From Eledone cirrhosa (lineage: Eukaryota), in NCBI GenBank assembly GCA_964016885.1, contig OZ024744.1, forward strand, positions 66,154,001 through 66,218,000: a stretch of 64,000 nt of DNA, written 5' to 3'. The notes beneath the pieces were generated by a model. That model worked only from the letters and a program-made list of their open reading frames with translations. It did not search any database and was not told the DNA's origin. Every line of letters begins with the position of its first letter. Within the stretch, counting starts at the first letter, position 1. Position numbers and translations under genes: made by a program. This document shows positions 51,137 through 62,759 of the stretch, piece by piece.

Positions 51137-51720
51137 TACATAGGCCAGACCAAAAACAGCCTCCGCCAACACATGACTGTCCATAGATCCCAAATTAAAA
51201 TACAGGAATACAGGAAAATACCACTGAGTGAACACATTGATACCTGTGCCACCCCAAATCCTCCCAACTTTAGAATCTTTCCCCTCTACAAATGTAAAGA
51301 TAATGCCACCCACACCCAGCGCATCAGCAAGGAATCTCACTTTATTAACAAATACGGACCCCGTCTAAACACTTCTCCCTAAGACGAACCCACAACATAC
51401 ACACGTCCACATACATACCTACATCAACATACATCCTACATATATTTCTATCCATAAGTATCCCATACGGCAGGGCCTAATGGATTCCCTTGCAGCACGT
51501 ACAATCTGGACACACTCACACTCACACACACCTTGGTGTTATGACAATACTATATATACATCATTTCACCTCTTTTATTATTGAACATTCACGTGACTTC
51601 TACCGACCAATCAAAATTATAGTGCTTATTCACGTGACATTCAACAACCAACCAAATCACGAACGCTCTATCTCAAAATTATTTTTGAAAAGCATTTGAA
51701 ATGCGCAACTGGTAAAAAAC
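51137..51720 (+). mobile_element. Penelope-like element GIY-YIG C-terminus and 3' UTR (second family)
   Basis: YIGQTKNSLRQHMTVHRSQI..PLSEHIDTC..RISKESHFINKYGPRLN, stop at 51382. Confidence 0.85.
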
Positions 51721-51881
51721 TTAAAACTGACACTGAATACTAACCATTACTTATTACTCATTTATACTTATTCCTAATTAAACTATTTTTCACTGGAAAA
51801 ATAGTTTTTCTTTTCCTTTTTACTAATATATATTTATATATATATATATTGGGATCTATGAACAATTAATTATTTTCAAAA

Positions 51882-51912
<31 letters not shown>

Positions 51913-51919
51913 GCATATA

Positions 51920-53545
51920 TACGTTGAACAACGCACCTCACAGTCTGTGGCCTACTCCAATGTCACGGAACACCCGCCACCCTCCTCAGGGTCGAACAAC
52001 GCACCATCTGCACCCTACAGACCCACACTACCCCGGCCTTAACTCCCCACCCTTATTCCTTTAGCCTTCGACCCCCCCCCCCCACACACACATATCTCCC
52101 ACTAACACCACTAACACACTCCTCCTTTTCACCGCCCACCCCACAACTAAAAATACTAACACCCCCATCCCACACCCGACCACCCTTCCCCAACTAACAA
52201 TACTAACATCCTTTCTTCTTGCCCCCTCCCCTTATCACGCACACACCCACCGTACATATATATACACGCACTCACACTACTACCACCACTAACCCTCACC
52301 CACACATCCACTCCCACCACCCCGCAACTAACGCCACTAACCCCCCCGACCCCACACACACCCACTTACACCACCCACTCCACACACCCTACCACCCGCA
52401 TTCCACCCTTTCCCCACCACCAGTATACTAACACCCACTAACACCCCCTTCATCACACACACACTCATCCAAACACGCACACACACACCAGTACACTACA
52501 CTCCCTCCACCGGCCCCCATACCTTTCTCTCCCCCTCCCTCTCCCCTCTCCACCCACACACACACATCCCACTAACACCTCTACTAATACACCCCCTCCC
52601 ACTCCACCTTTCACACCTACCCATCCTCTCCCCTGTCCACCGCACCTCTGCACACACTGACACACCGACTTTCTCCACCTGCCATTCTCCCCTACTGCTA
52701 CTATGCCCTGAATCTCTGACCATCTCTCCGCACACACAGACACACAACCCTCCTCCTGCCTTGACCCTCTGACCACTTCCTGTTGCGCGCGCACCCCACA
52801 TCTCCCCTCTTCCGACCAACCCAACCACGGATTACACACATTGGACATCGCTCCCACGAATCAACCTCCATCACAAGGAAATTATCCGGCATCCCACCAC
52901 ACCCTCTACGGAACTACCTTAGGAACTTACCCACGGACATACACTCACAAAAAAATTTTTTTCTCACACGCCACCTACATCCACAATATGTATAAACCCA
53001 CACGCACGTGCGTACCACCACATATTTACACACTCAGCCTCCGGAATCCTCTCCCCCACCCCTCTGACCCCTCCCCATCCACACACACACACCGACCTAC
53101 ACCCCACCCCCACACATCTTTTCCTGAACATGCAACCCCCGTTCTTCCCCCAACTCTCACATTCACATACACACACACGTACGTACACCTACACACCACC
53201 TTCAGCCCTCCCCACCTCCCTCTCCCCACTCCACCCGCCACCACCCCTACACGCCCCACACCCTTCCACCACTTGTTTAACTTCATGTTTATTTTAATTT
53301 TTATTATGCTTTTATATTTATTTTCATTTGTACCGTTTCCTCTCACCCCCTTTTTCTAAATATCCCTCCCCCACTCCCTCTACACACCCTTGGAACTCTC
53401 TTCCCACACACTTTTCGCCTGAAGAAGGGCTTATGGACGAAACGTCGTTCCCCACCGCCACCCCACTCTCAAGAGCGTGAAACTAATAAACCTTTGTTCG
53501 TACTGCCTCTCTGTTTTGTTCCCGTTCAATTTTTCACTATATATA
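51920..53545 (+). mobile_element. C/A-skewed segment ending in a degenerate hammerhead and AATAAA (probable Penelope-like 3' region)
   Basis: CTGAAGA (53419) agggcttatggac GAAAC GTC; aataaa 53485; bounded by (TA)n. Confidence 0.55.
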
Positions 53546-53589
53546 TATATACATATATATATATATACATTCATATATATATATACATA

Positions 53590-53749
53590 TCATCATCATC
53601 ATCATCATCGTTTAACGTCCATCTTCCACGCTTGCATGGGTTTGGACGGGAATTTTCCCACTTGAGGCAAGATTGGTTGTCTTGCTCGTATAGGACTGTC
53701 TGGCGGGTTTTCTACAGCTGGATGCCCTTCCTAACACCAACCACGTTTA

Positions 53750-53750
<1 letters not shown>
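53590..53750 (-). mobile_element. RTE-tailed SINE 3' fragment
   Basis: (cat)n, tttaacgtccatcttcc, ggatgcccttcctaacacc. Confidence 0.8.
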
Positions 53751-54112
<362 letters not shown>

Positions 54113-54113
54113 T

Positions 54114-54656
54114 ATTGAGATGAGCGGAACAAGTAAACTTTAAACAATCTTTTAAATAAATAAAAAAATACAATTTAAATATTCACCTATCCAAAATGCA
54201 TTTACCGACGGTTTCGCCTCACAAAAGATTGGAAAACCAAAGGACTTCCAATTGAAAGATCGGCTCTTCAGAAAGCTATTTCCATTCTATAGGTCGTAAA
54301 GTCTCACAGTTTGTAAATATATCGCTTACTGCCAGCTAGCGTAAGGGCAGGTCGTTAAAATGACCCACACATAAGCTGGTCATTAGTAAAAGCGGGAATA
54401 TTATAGACGTGTTGTTTGCCACGCTATTAAAAATAGCAGCAAAGTACAACGCTTTTTTCTCTACACACATGGGAGAATATACATAAAATGAGATTAATAT
54501 CCCCACAGGTACTAAGTACCTACGGAAATATATAGGGTGTCTATAATACATTTGTTGTTCAATGGTATTAATTTGAGATACCAGAACTATAAAATTGAGA
54601 TGAGCGGAACAAGTAGACTTTAAACAATCTTTTAAATAAATTTAAATATGATTTAA

Positions 54657-54660
<4 letters not shown>
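54114..54660 (-). mobile_element. 480-bp terminally redundant element with hammerhead core (54202-54276)
   Basis: attgagatgagcggaacaagta..tttaaataaat at 54114 and 54594; minus CTGAAGA gcc..attggaa..ttccaat..ggc GAAAC c GTC. Confidence 0.75.
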
Positions 54661-54687
<27 letters not shown>

Positions 54688-54719
54688 TAGTTATGTAATA
54701 AACACCATAAGGCAATTAT

Positions 54720-54777
54720 TCCATTTACCAGTGGTTTCTTAAAATCAAAAGATTTTGATTACAATCATCAGAATGAA
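54720..54777 (-). ncRNA. Type I hammerhead ribozyme, family J
   Basis: ttcatt CTGATGA ttgtaatcaaaa tc ttttgattttaa GAAAC cactg GTA aatgga. Confidence 0.8.
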
Positions 54778-54824
54778 GAAATCCTGGTCTGTTTATTGAA
54801 TTTGGATTTAAAAAAACAAAAATG

Positions 54825-54894
<70 letters not shown>

Positions 54895-54899
54895 TATAT

Positions 54900-55150
54900 C
54901 ATCATCATCATCATCATCATTTAATGTCCATCTTCCATGCTAGCTTGGGTTAGATGGTCTTGTTCCATTTGATGCGGGAATGGTTGGGAGACCGTGTCTT
55001 GTTCATATGGAAGTGTCTTAGGCAGGTTTTTTACAGATGGATGCCCTTCCTAACACCAACCACATTTACAGTGTGGACTGGGAGCCTTTTTACCGTGTCT
55101 CCTACACGGCCACCTTACAGTGTGGACTGTTGTGTCATCGACACAGTGGG
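54900..55150 (-). mobile_element. RTE-tailed SINE 3' fragment
   Basis: (cat)n tail, ggatgcccttcctaacaccaacc, 48-bp-unit remnants. Confidence 0.75.
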
Positions 55151-55267
55151 CAGAATGGGAAAGAGAGGATGGGGCAGGGTGTGTGGGGAGGGGTGTACAT
55201 TGGGTTAAGAGGTGCCGACTGACTGTAGGTTTGTATGGAATAGTAGTCAGATCTTCTGTATAATATA

Positions 55268-56693
55268 TATATGATGAATCAAGTTATGAAAGTGGCAAAA
55301 AGGATATTAGCACAACTAATTAGAGAAAGGGTCAAACTAGATGAGATGCAATTTGGTTTTGTGCCTGGGAAAAGTACAACAGATGCCCTCTTCTTGGTGA
55401 GACAATTACAAGAGAGGTTCTTAGAGAAGAATAAGTCACTATACTTAGCTTTTGCTGACCTAGAGAAGGCCTTTGATAGGGTACCCCGTTCTGTCATCTG
55501 GTGGTCCCTAAGGAAACTAGGTATTGAGGAATGGCTTGTGAGGACAGTGCAAGCTATGTACAGGGGTGCTGTCAATAATGTGAGAATAGGAATGGAGTTT
55601 AGTGAGGAATTCCAGATACAAGTAGGTGTACATCAGGGTTCGGTCCTCAGCCCGCTCTTGTTCATTATAGTCCTCCAAGCCATAACAGAGGAGTTTAAGA
55701 CTGGCTGCCCATGGGAACTTCTCTATGCTGACGATCTGGTTCTTATAGCAGAATCAGTAGAGGAGCTAGAGAATAAATTCTGGCTATGGAAACGGCAGTT
55801 GGAAGCAAGAGGACTGAGAGTAAATCTAGCTAAGACAAAAGGGTTGATGAGTAGAAAAGAGGACAAAACTCTGATTCCATCAGAGAAATGGCCATGTTCG
55901 AAATGCAGAAAAGGAACTGGCATAAATTCTATAAAATGTACACAAGAGATGTAGTGGGATAACAGGCAAACCAACAGGTAGGGGGAAATATATATGCAGA
56001 AGATGTACAGGGAAATTAGACAGTAGAAGTCACATTGATAGACACATTTTTCAAATGCAGGCAGGTGCTAGAGAAGTGGTGGATAGCTTCCGGTACCTAG
56101 ATCAGATTAGCATGGGAGGGGGCTGTTCCAAGACCATAGTATCTAGAATAAGGACAAGTTGGAAGAAGTTTAGGGAGCTGCTTCCTCTGCTGAGGAAGAA
56201 GGGTTTCTCCTTGCATATGAAAGGCCGGTTATATGATGCCTGTGTGAGGAGCGCGATGCTGCGTGGTAGTGAGACATGGACAGCAACTGCAGAGGATATG
56301 CGACGGCTGGAGAGAAATGAGGCAAGCATGCTCCGTTGGATGTGCAATGTCAATGTGCGTGAAAGACCCAGCATGGATGTGTTGAGAGAGAAACTGTGTT
56401 TGAGAGGGATAGAATGTAGTGTGTGAGAGGGGAGACTGAGGTGGTATGGACATGTGATGCGCATGGAGGATAACCGATGGGTGAAAAAGTTCCAGGAAAT
56501 GCCAGTTGAAGGAAGACGTGGTAGAGGTAGACCACAAAAAACATGGGCGGAGGTGGTGAGAACAGACCTCAGATCACTGAAGCTCATGGTGGAGATGACG
56601 AAGGACCGTGACAAGTGGATAGATGCTGTGCTGAATAAGACCCATCCCACCCTTGCAAGCAGGGTAAAGCGGATGTAAAATGATGATGATGAT
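55268..56693 (+). mobile_element. RTE LINE, 5'-truncated (RT to 3' end)
   Basis: QFGFVPGKSTTDA, DLEKAFDRVP, GVHQGSVLSP, LLYADD; same family as 25053-28762; (tga)n tail. Confidence 0.95.
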
Positions 56694-56705
56694 ATTTATA
56701 TATTT

Positions 56706-56918
56706 GAAGTATTTCCGTAAGAAAGGTAAATGAAAAGAGAGTGCTCTATGTAGGCTACAGGGCTTTTTAGTTATGTAATAAACAACATAAGATAATTATT
56801 TCATTTAAATAAAATTCATTCTGATGATTGAAGGCAGATGTCTGTGCTAAGTTCGTCTGTCTTCATGAAACCTTTGGTAAATGAAATAATTATCTTATGT
56901 TGTTTATTACATAACTAA
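56706..56918 (+). mobile_element. Fold-back family J element
   Basis: Inverted tail 56706-56806 pairs with 56878-56918; distal part is the reverse complement of 60930-60990. Confidence 0.8.
56815..56885 (+). ncRNA. Type I hammerhead ribozyme, family J (alternative stem II)
   Basis: ttcatt CTGATGA t tgaaggcagatg [13-nt loop] cgtctgtcttca t GAAAC ctttg GTA aatgaa; 6-bp stem I, 12-bp stem II, ACC/GGT stem III. Confidence 0.85.
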
Positions 56919-57444
56919 TATATTTATATATGCATGTGTATGCACACACTCTCACATACATAAGTTTTTCCCACACAATAGACATTTATAAAACCTATGT
57001 TGAAAATACACTTGGGATCTATAAACAATTAATTATTTTCGACATTTTTTTTTTTACTTTTTTAAATTCCATTCCAGTTTCTCAACATTCTATTTGTTTT
57101 CCAATCGGGTTTGTAATGTAAATAAAACAAGATTAAAACAAAATGGTTGCTGTAGATTAGTGTTACACAATTGATAGTTTTTTGGTGAATGTATTGTTTT
57201 GATTGTAACTAAGCAACTAAGGGACACATGACAGAATATTCAACAGTAAGAAGTTTTTATTTTTGAGTAATATCATCATCATCATCATCATCATCAACAT
57301 CATCATAATCATCATCATCATTATCATTATCATTATTATCAACATCATCATTGTCGTGATTGACCAATGCCTTTTCAGTGAAAATTGAAAGAGAGAAACT
57401 GTGTGGACGGTCATCATATATATTTATATACATATATATACAAA

Positions 57445-57955
57445 GGTCAGTCACAAAAAAGATAGATGGCATAACAGACTTGACTATTGGGGTCGAAGCT
57501 CAAACTGTATTCTCACCAACACCGCCATGGGTGCTACAGTATCTACATGATGTGGAATATATTCCATCAGCATTGTCCAAATAATGTTGGCATCACCTTT
57601 AAGGTACACCCAAGGCTTGGACCCTGTGCTATCTGCCCACAACAAAAATCAAATTCGCATCTCATAACATCAATATGGCAGAATTATTTCACTTCAATTG
57701 CCCCTGCTCTCTTTAACATTACGGCAAAACACATTAAGATGGAAACAGAACCCCACAACATTCAAGAAGCCTTTGGACAAATTCCCTTCAAGAAATTCCA
57801 GATAAACCTTCTACACCCGGATATGTCTCCGTAAACAATAACTCTCTACTTGAGTGGGCCATGGTGCCCAAATCCTGATTTGTAAGACTTCGCCAGTTGG
57901 TGCTATTAAGTTAGACATGGCCTGGGCCAATACTGGCCGAAACCTATCAAAGTTA
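57445..57955 (+). mobile_element. CR1-group LINE 3' fragment
   Basis: KKIDGI..LYS..RH..IYMMWNI..HPRLG..F...APALFN...FKKPLDKF..IPDKP..PGY..NNSL pattern. Confidence 0.7.
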
Positions 57956-58414
57956 TATGAAAAAATAAGTAAGTGACATAGTCACTACTTTAAAAATGAT
58001 AGCGCAAGCTCTTCAAAATGTTTTTAATTAAACATACGGTATATTGCCAAATATACTATACATTCATTCATATATATATATATATATGTGCGTGCGTGTG
58101 TGTGTTGTGTGTGTGTCTGTGTCTACACTCACAGTATGATTATGTCCTGTAACTTAACACTTCAATGAAAAAGTGGTCAATAAAATAAGTAAGGACCAAA
58201 TGTGAACAAAAAAAAAAAAAGAACTGAGGGTGATGTCAACTAAATTACGTGAATGCAGTATTATAACAGTATTATAATATTATGCAGGGGGGGGGGGGGG
58301 ACACATAATGGTTGTGAGTATCTCTCTCTCTCTCTCTCTTTATATATATATATTATTATATATATATTATATATTATATATATATTATATATATATATGT
58401 AATATATATATATA

Positions 58415-58796
58415 TCTATATATATAAAACTGATGTTGTCTGTGTCCTCATTTTTGAAAAGTCTATACAAATCCACATTTCTACTCCGATTGACTTCAAA
58501 CTTTAAACACTTCCTTGGAGTCGACTGAAGCACTGCAGTACAATGCAACAAAACATCATAACTTCTGGAGTTCGCAATCGATTTTCACAAACCTTGACAC
58601 ATGGGCTACGTTTTTTCTACAGATGAATGTGAATTGGCACATATTGAGTAGAGGACCCCTGCGGCAGGAACCCCTTTTGGGAAAAAAGCCGATGATTTTG
58701 TAATAGTATAGTTTTCGAAGCAGCACTGAAGTATTGACATAAATGGTATACATAACTGCTATTTAATACCCGAGCAACGCCGGGTACCTCTGCTAG
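58415..58796 (+). mobile_element. Non-autonomous Helitron
   Basis: 5' A|TCtatatatataaaa; 3' hairpin tacccg-agcaacgc-cgggta then CTAG|T. Confidence 0.85.
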
Positions 58797-58890
58797 TGTA
58801 TATATATATAATATATATATATATATGTTATATATATATATTATATATATATATTTTATATATAGATATATAATATATATTATATATATA

Positions 58891-59272
58891 TAAAATAACA
58901 GGAGGCTGGATTGGTGCTGTAATTCCTTAAAAGGGCGGCCGACAGGGGTAAAAGCTGCTAAATGTTCGGTTGCCCTCATGTCTCTGATTTTCAGCCCCAT
59001 GGATTTTGTCTATTATATTCCTTTGTTATATTTCGAATACCTGATGATGTCACCGGATTCACACTGAACCCGGTCATTGAAATGATCATAGTATAATAAA
59101 CTTTTTAAGGAATTACACCTGTCCAGCCTTCTGTTATTTTATAATAATTAACTCCGTACTCGCACCACCAAATACACAAACGAAGTTGGATTACTTTGAA
59201 TGCTCTCCATTACATCGAGGGTGACCATACAGAATGACCAGTTCTATCCAGTGGTGAACCAACAAACATAAT

Positions 59273-59275
<3 letters not shown>
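58891..59275 (+). mobile_element. Hammerhead-bearing element (family K) with 5' inverted copy of its post-AATAAA tail
   Basis: 58891-58933 is the imperfect reverse complement of 59102-59142; (TA)n flanks. Confidence 0.75.
59037..59094 (+). ncRNA. Type I hammerhead ribozyme, family K
   Basis: atac CTGATGA tgtc accgg a ttca cac tgaa c ccggt catt GAAA tgatca TA gtat aataaa; palindromic ATGATCAT stem III. Confidence 0.85.
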
Positions 59276-59330
<55 letters not shown>

Positions 59331-59334
59331 TATA

Positions 59335-60242
59335 TTAGCAGCAGTACCCTGCGTTGCATGGGTAGGTAAAATAATATGTGCTTTGATGAAAAGGTGTTGA
59401 TCTTAGCGACTGCGAGTTTCTTGAAAATTGGTCGTAAGGTGTAGCAAACGGCGAAATGTTGAGTGAAATCGTATGGAATATGTGAGAGGTGGAAAAAATC
59501 GTATTTTGAACATTTAAACGGGTGCCACGCCGTTCCTGAACAAAAAATGCAAAGTGTAGCGCTACTATAAGATGTGCAATGATAGGTTCTATCGTAGTAT
59601 AAAAGTTGAACAAAATAAATTGATTTATGTGTGAGGTAGAGCCGAAGTTTCGAATTTGAACGAAATCGGTTCAAAAATGTGGGAGCTAGAGCCGAAAAGG
59701 TGGTATTTTCGAATATTTAAGCGGCTGCCACGCCGTTCCTGAACAAAAATTCCAAAATCTAAAGCCACTTTAAGACGTGAAATAATCAGATCCAGCGTAG
59801 TGTAAAATTTAAACAAAGTAGGCTGATTAATGTGGGAGCTAGAGCCGAAAAAGTGGAAATTTGAGTCTAAAAGTTGTATTTTTGAATATTTAAGCGACTG
59901 CCACGCCGTCCCTGAACAACAAATGCAAAATATAAAGCCATTACAGGATGTGCAATGATAAATTCTACTTTGCTTTAAAATTTGAACGAAATCGGTGGCA
60001 AAATGCGGGAGCTAGAGCCAAAAATCTTATTTTTCGATACCTAAAATAAGTGACCCCCCACTATCGATTTTTATCTGCAGAATGACCCCGGAATAAAAAA
60101 AAAAAACGATACGCTGATATATAGAAAACACTCCCCGATGACTAATCTATGAGCCTGTAAAGTTTCATGAAAATCGGTCATAAGATGTAGACCCCTATAG
60201 GTAATACACAGACACACACATTTAATTTTATATATATACAGA
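59335..60242 (-). mobile_element. Non-autonomous Helitron with internal subrepeats
   Basis: Minus 5' TCtgtatatatataaaatt; 3' hairpin taccc-atgcaacgca-gggta then ctaa; tgccacgccgtYcctgaacaa repeated three times. Confidence 0.75.
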
Positions 60243-60394
60243 TAAATAATATATATATATAAGATAAAAATACTTGAGTGCATTAGAGTTAAACACATTC
60301 GTCGTATTAGAGAAATGACAGTATAAGATATAGCTTAATGTTATCAAACAGAGCCGAAAAATTATATAATATATATTATATATCTGTATATATA

Positions 60395-60645
60395 CATCTT
60401 ACGACCGATTTTCATGAAACTTTACAGTCTCATAGATCAGTCATCGGAGAGTGTTTCCTATATATCAGCGTATCGTTTTTTATTTATTCCGGGATCATTC
60501 TGCAGATAAAAATCGATAGGGGGGGCTTTTTTTTTGTATAGAAAAATAAGATTTTGGGCTCTAGCTCCCGCATTTTGCCACCGATTTCGTTCAAATTTTA
60601 AAGCAAAATAGAATTTATCATTGCACATCCTGTAATTGCATTTTA
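60395..60645 (+). mobile_element. Partial inverted copy of the adjacent Helitron 5' region
   Basis: Reverse complement of ~59940-60190. Confidence 0.8.
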
Positions 60646-60699
60646 TATTATATATATATATTATATATTGTTATGTAATAAACAACATAAGGCAATTAT

Positions 60700-60757
60700 T
60701 CCATTTACCAGTGGTTTCGTAAAAGCAAAACATTTTGCTTTCAATCATCAGAATGAA
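60700..60757 (-). ncRNA. Type I hammerhead ribozyme, family J
   Basis: Reverse complement of 60838-60895. Confidence 0.85.
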
Positions 60758-60837
60758 AAAATCCTGGTCTGTTTATTGAATTTGATTTTAAAATTTTGTT
60801 TTTAAAATCCAAATTCAATAAAGAGACCAGGATTTTT

Positions 60838-60895
60838 TTCATTCTGATGATTGAAAGCAAAATGTTTTGCTTTTACGAAACCACTGGTAAATGGA
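60838..60895 (+). ncRNA. Type I hammerhead ribozyme, family J
   Basis: ttcatt CTGATGA ttgaaagcaaaa tg ttttgcttttac GAAAC cactg GTA aatgga. Confidence 0.85.
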
Positions 60896-61144
60896 ATAAT
60901 TGCCTTATGTTGTTTATTACATAACTATTAAGCTCTGTTACCTACATAGAGCACTCTTTTTTCCTGGACTTTTCCGACGGAATTACTTCATTTACACATA
61001 TATTATATATATATATATTATATATATATATTATATATTATATATATAATATATATATAATATATATTATATATATATAATATATCTGTATATATATATA
61101 TATAATATATATATGTATATATATAGGCACATAAACAGTGATGA

Positions 61145-61512
61145 TGATATCATCATCATCACCGTTTTATGTCTATTCTTCCACTTTAGCATGGGTTAGA
61201 CAAATTGTCCTGTTGTGGGCAGCGTCCGGTCAGCTGACCTTGCCTTGCTCATACGGGAATTGATTCTGGCTTGATTTCTCCAGCTGGATGCCCTTCCTAA
61301 CACCAACCTCATTTACAGTGAGTGCTGGGTGCTTTTTTTTTCCGTGGCACCTACACGTCCACTTTGCAGTGGAATGATAGGGACCCCAGTCTCTATCATC
61401 TCATTTCTACAGCTGAGTAAACTGGAGCAATGTGAAATAAAGTGTCTTGCTCATCATCCGGTCTGAGAATTAAACTCACAACCCAATGCTCTAACTACTA
61501 AGCCATGTGCCT
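61145..61512 (-). mobile_element. CORE-type SINE with RTE tail
   Basis: Family of 22243-22585 with deletions. Confidence 0.85.
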
Positions 61513-61611
61513 ATATATATATATAATATATATATATATATATGTACATATATATATAATAATGTAAATATGTACAAAACACAACACATATATATATATC
61601 TTCAAAACACA

Positions 61612-62490
61612 ACAGAACCCTCTGTGTTCAGAGAACATGGGCCCGCCTGTGAGACGTGGGACTTAGCCCAGTAGATGTCCCTCATCCTTCTCCCCCTGTT
61701 GACGTCAAGTCCCCCCAACGCACTTGGAATGCCGTCCAGTGCAGCCTGACCTCAGACAGGCTCACGCGTCAGCTCGACCAGCATCGCCTTGCTTGTTTTC
61801 GTGCAGCCTCCAAACCCCACAGTGGTGCCTGGCTCCACGCCCTGCTTCCTTCTCCACTGGCACACACCTAGACAACCATAGCCTGCGAATCGGCGTTTCC
61901 CTGAGGCTCGGCCTCCAGATCTGCCAGCCACACCAATGTCGCTGCAGTTCCACCGGGGACTCTTTCAGCCTCCACCTGCTTTCCTGTCTCCACAGTGCCG
62001 GCCGCATTCCACGCCATGCTGCCCTCAATGAGGTCATTAAACATGGCTTGGATGCTGCAGGCTTCCCTTCCCAGCTCGAGCTGGTGGGGTTAGATCGAGG
62101 GGACGGCAAAAGGCGAGATGGCATGACCATCTTCCCGTTCCGTGGTGGCAAACCCCTCGTCTGGGATGCCACTTGCACCGACACTTTCTGCAGCCGCAAC
62201 CTGGTGCAGTCTGCGACTGACCCAGGTTCTGCTGCACATTCAGCTGAGGGGGCCAAACTCCTCAAATACCAGTCGCTCTCCGACAGGTTTGCAGTCGAAT
62301 CCCTGGCAGTGGAGACTTCTGGTGCCCTCGGCCCCAGGGCTACCTCCTTATTCACCACCATAGGCACTGAGCTCGGCAGCTGCAGGTGTGAGCCCCGCGA
62401 GTTGGAGTGGCTTTTCCAGCGCGTCGCCCTTGCCGTCCTCCGGGGAAACGCCTTCTCCATTCTGACCGCCGGGGCTGTGGGTGGGCCCCA
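61612..62490 (+). mobile_element. CRE-clade non-LTR retrotransposon 3' part (Zn knuckle + RLE endonuclease)
   Basis: PHSGAWL, LRLGLQICQPHQCRC..HLLSC..RHAALNEVI..DGKRRDG..LVWDATC..KLLKY..LAVETSGALG..FQRVALAVLRGNA; one frameshift near 61850. Confidence 0.9.
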
Positions 62491-62577
62491 TCGCGTACCG
62501 TTGCAGTTGTTGTATACAGATATTAACTCATCAATCCCATTGTCCTAATATATGTACATATATATATAATATATATT

Positions 62578-62640
62578 CTCTTTTACTCTTTTACCTGTTA
62601 CAGCCATCTGGCTGAGGCCATGCTGGGGCACCGCCTTTTA
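62578..62640 (-). mobile_element. SINE 3' end fragment
   Basis: Minus ggcggtgccccagcatggcc..gtaaaagagtaaaag; similar to 7565-7620. Confidence 0.6.
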
Positions 62641-62705
62641 CTGCATATATATATATATATATGAATGATGATGAAATGAAATGATATATCAATATATATA
62701 TATAC

Positions 62706-62737
<32 letters not shown>

Positions 62738-62759
62738 ATACATATATAGTCACATGCAT

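Larger units (their letters stand above)
60670..60995. mobile_element. Family J palindrome (~125-bp arms) with two divergent hammerheads
   Basis: Arms 60670-60795 and 60800-60925; right arm extends as tail to ~60995; (TA)n both sides. Confidence 0.9.
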
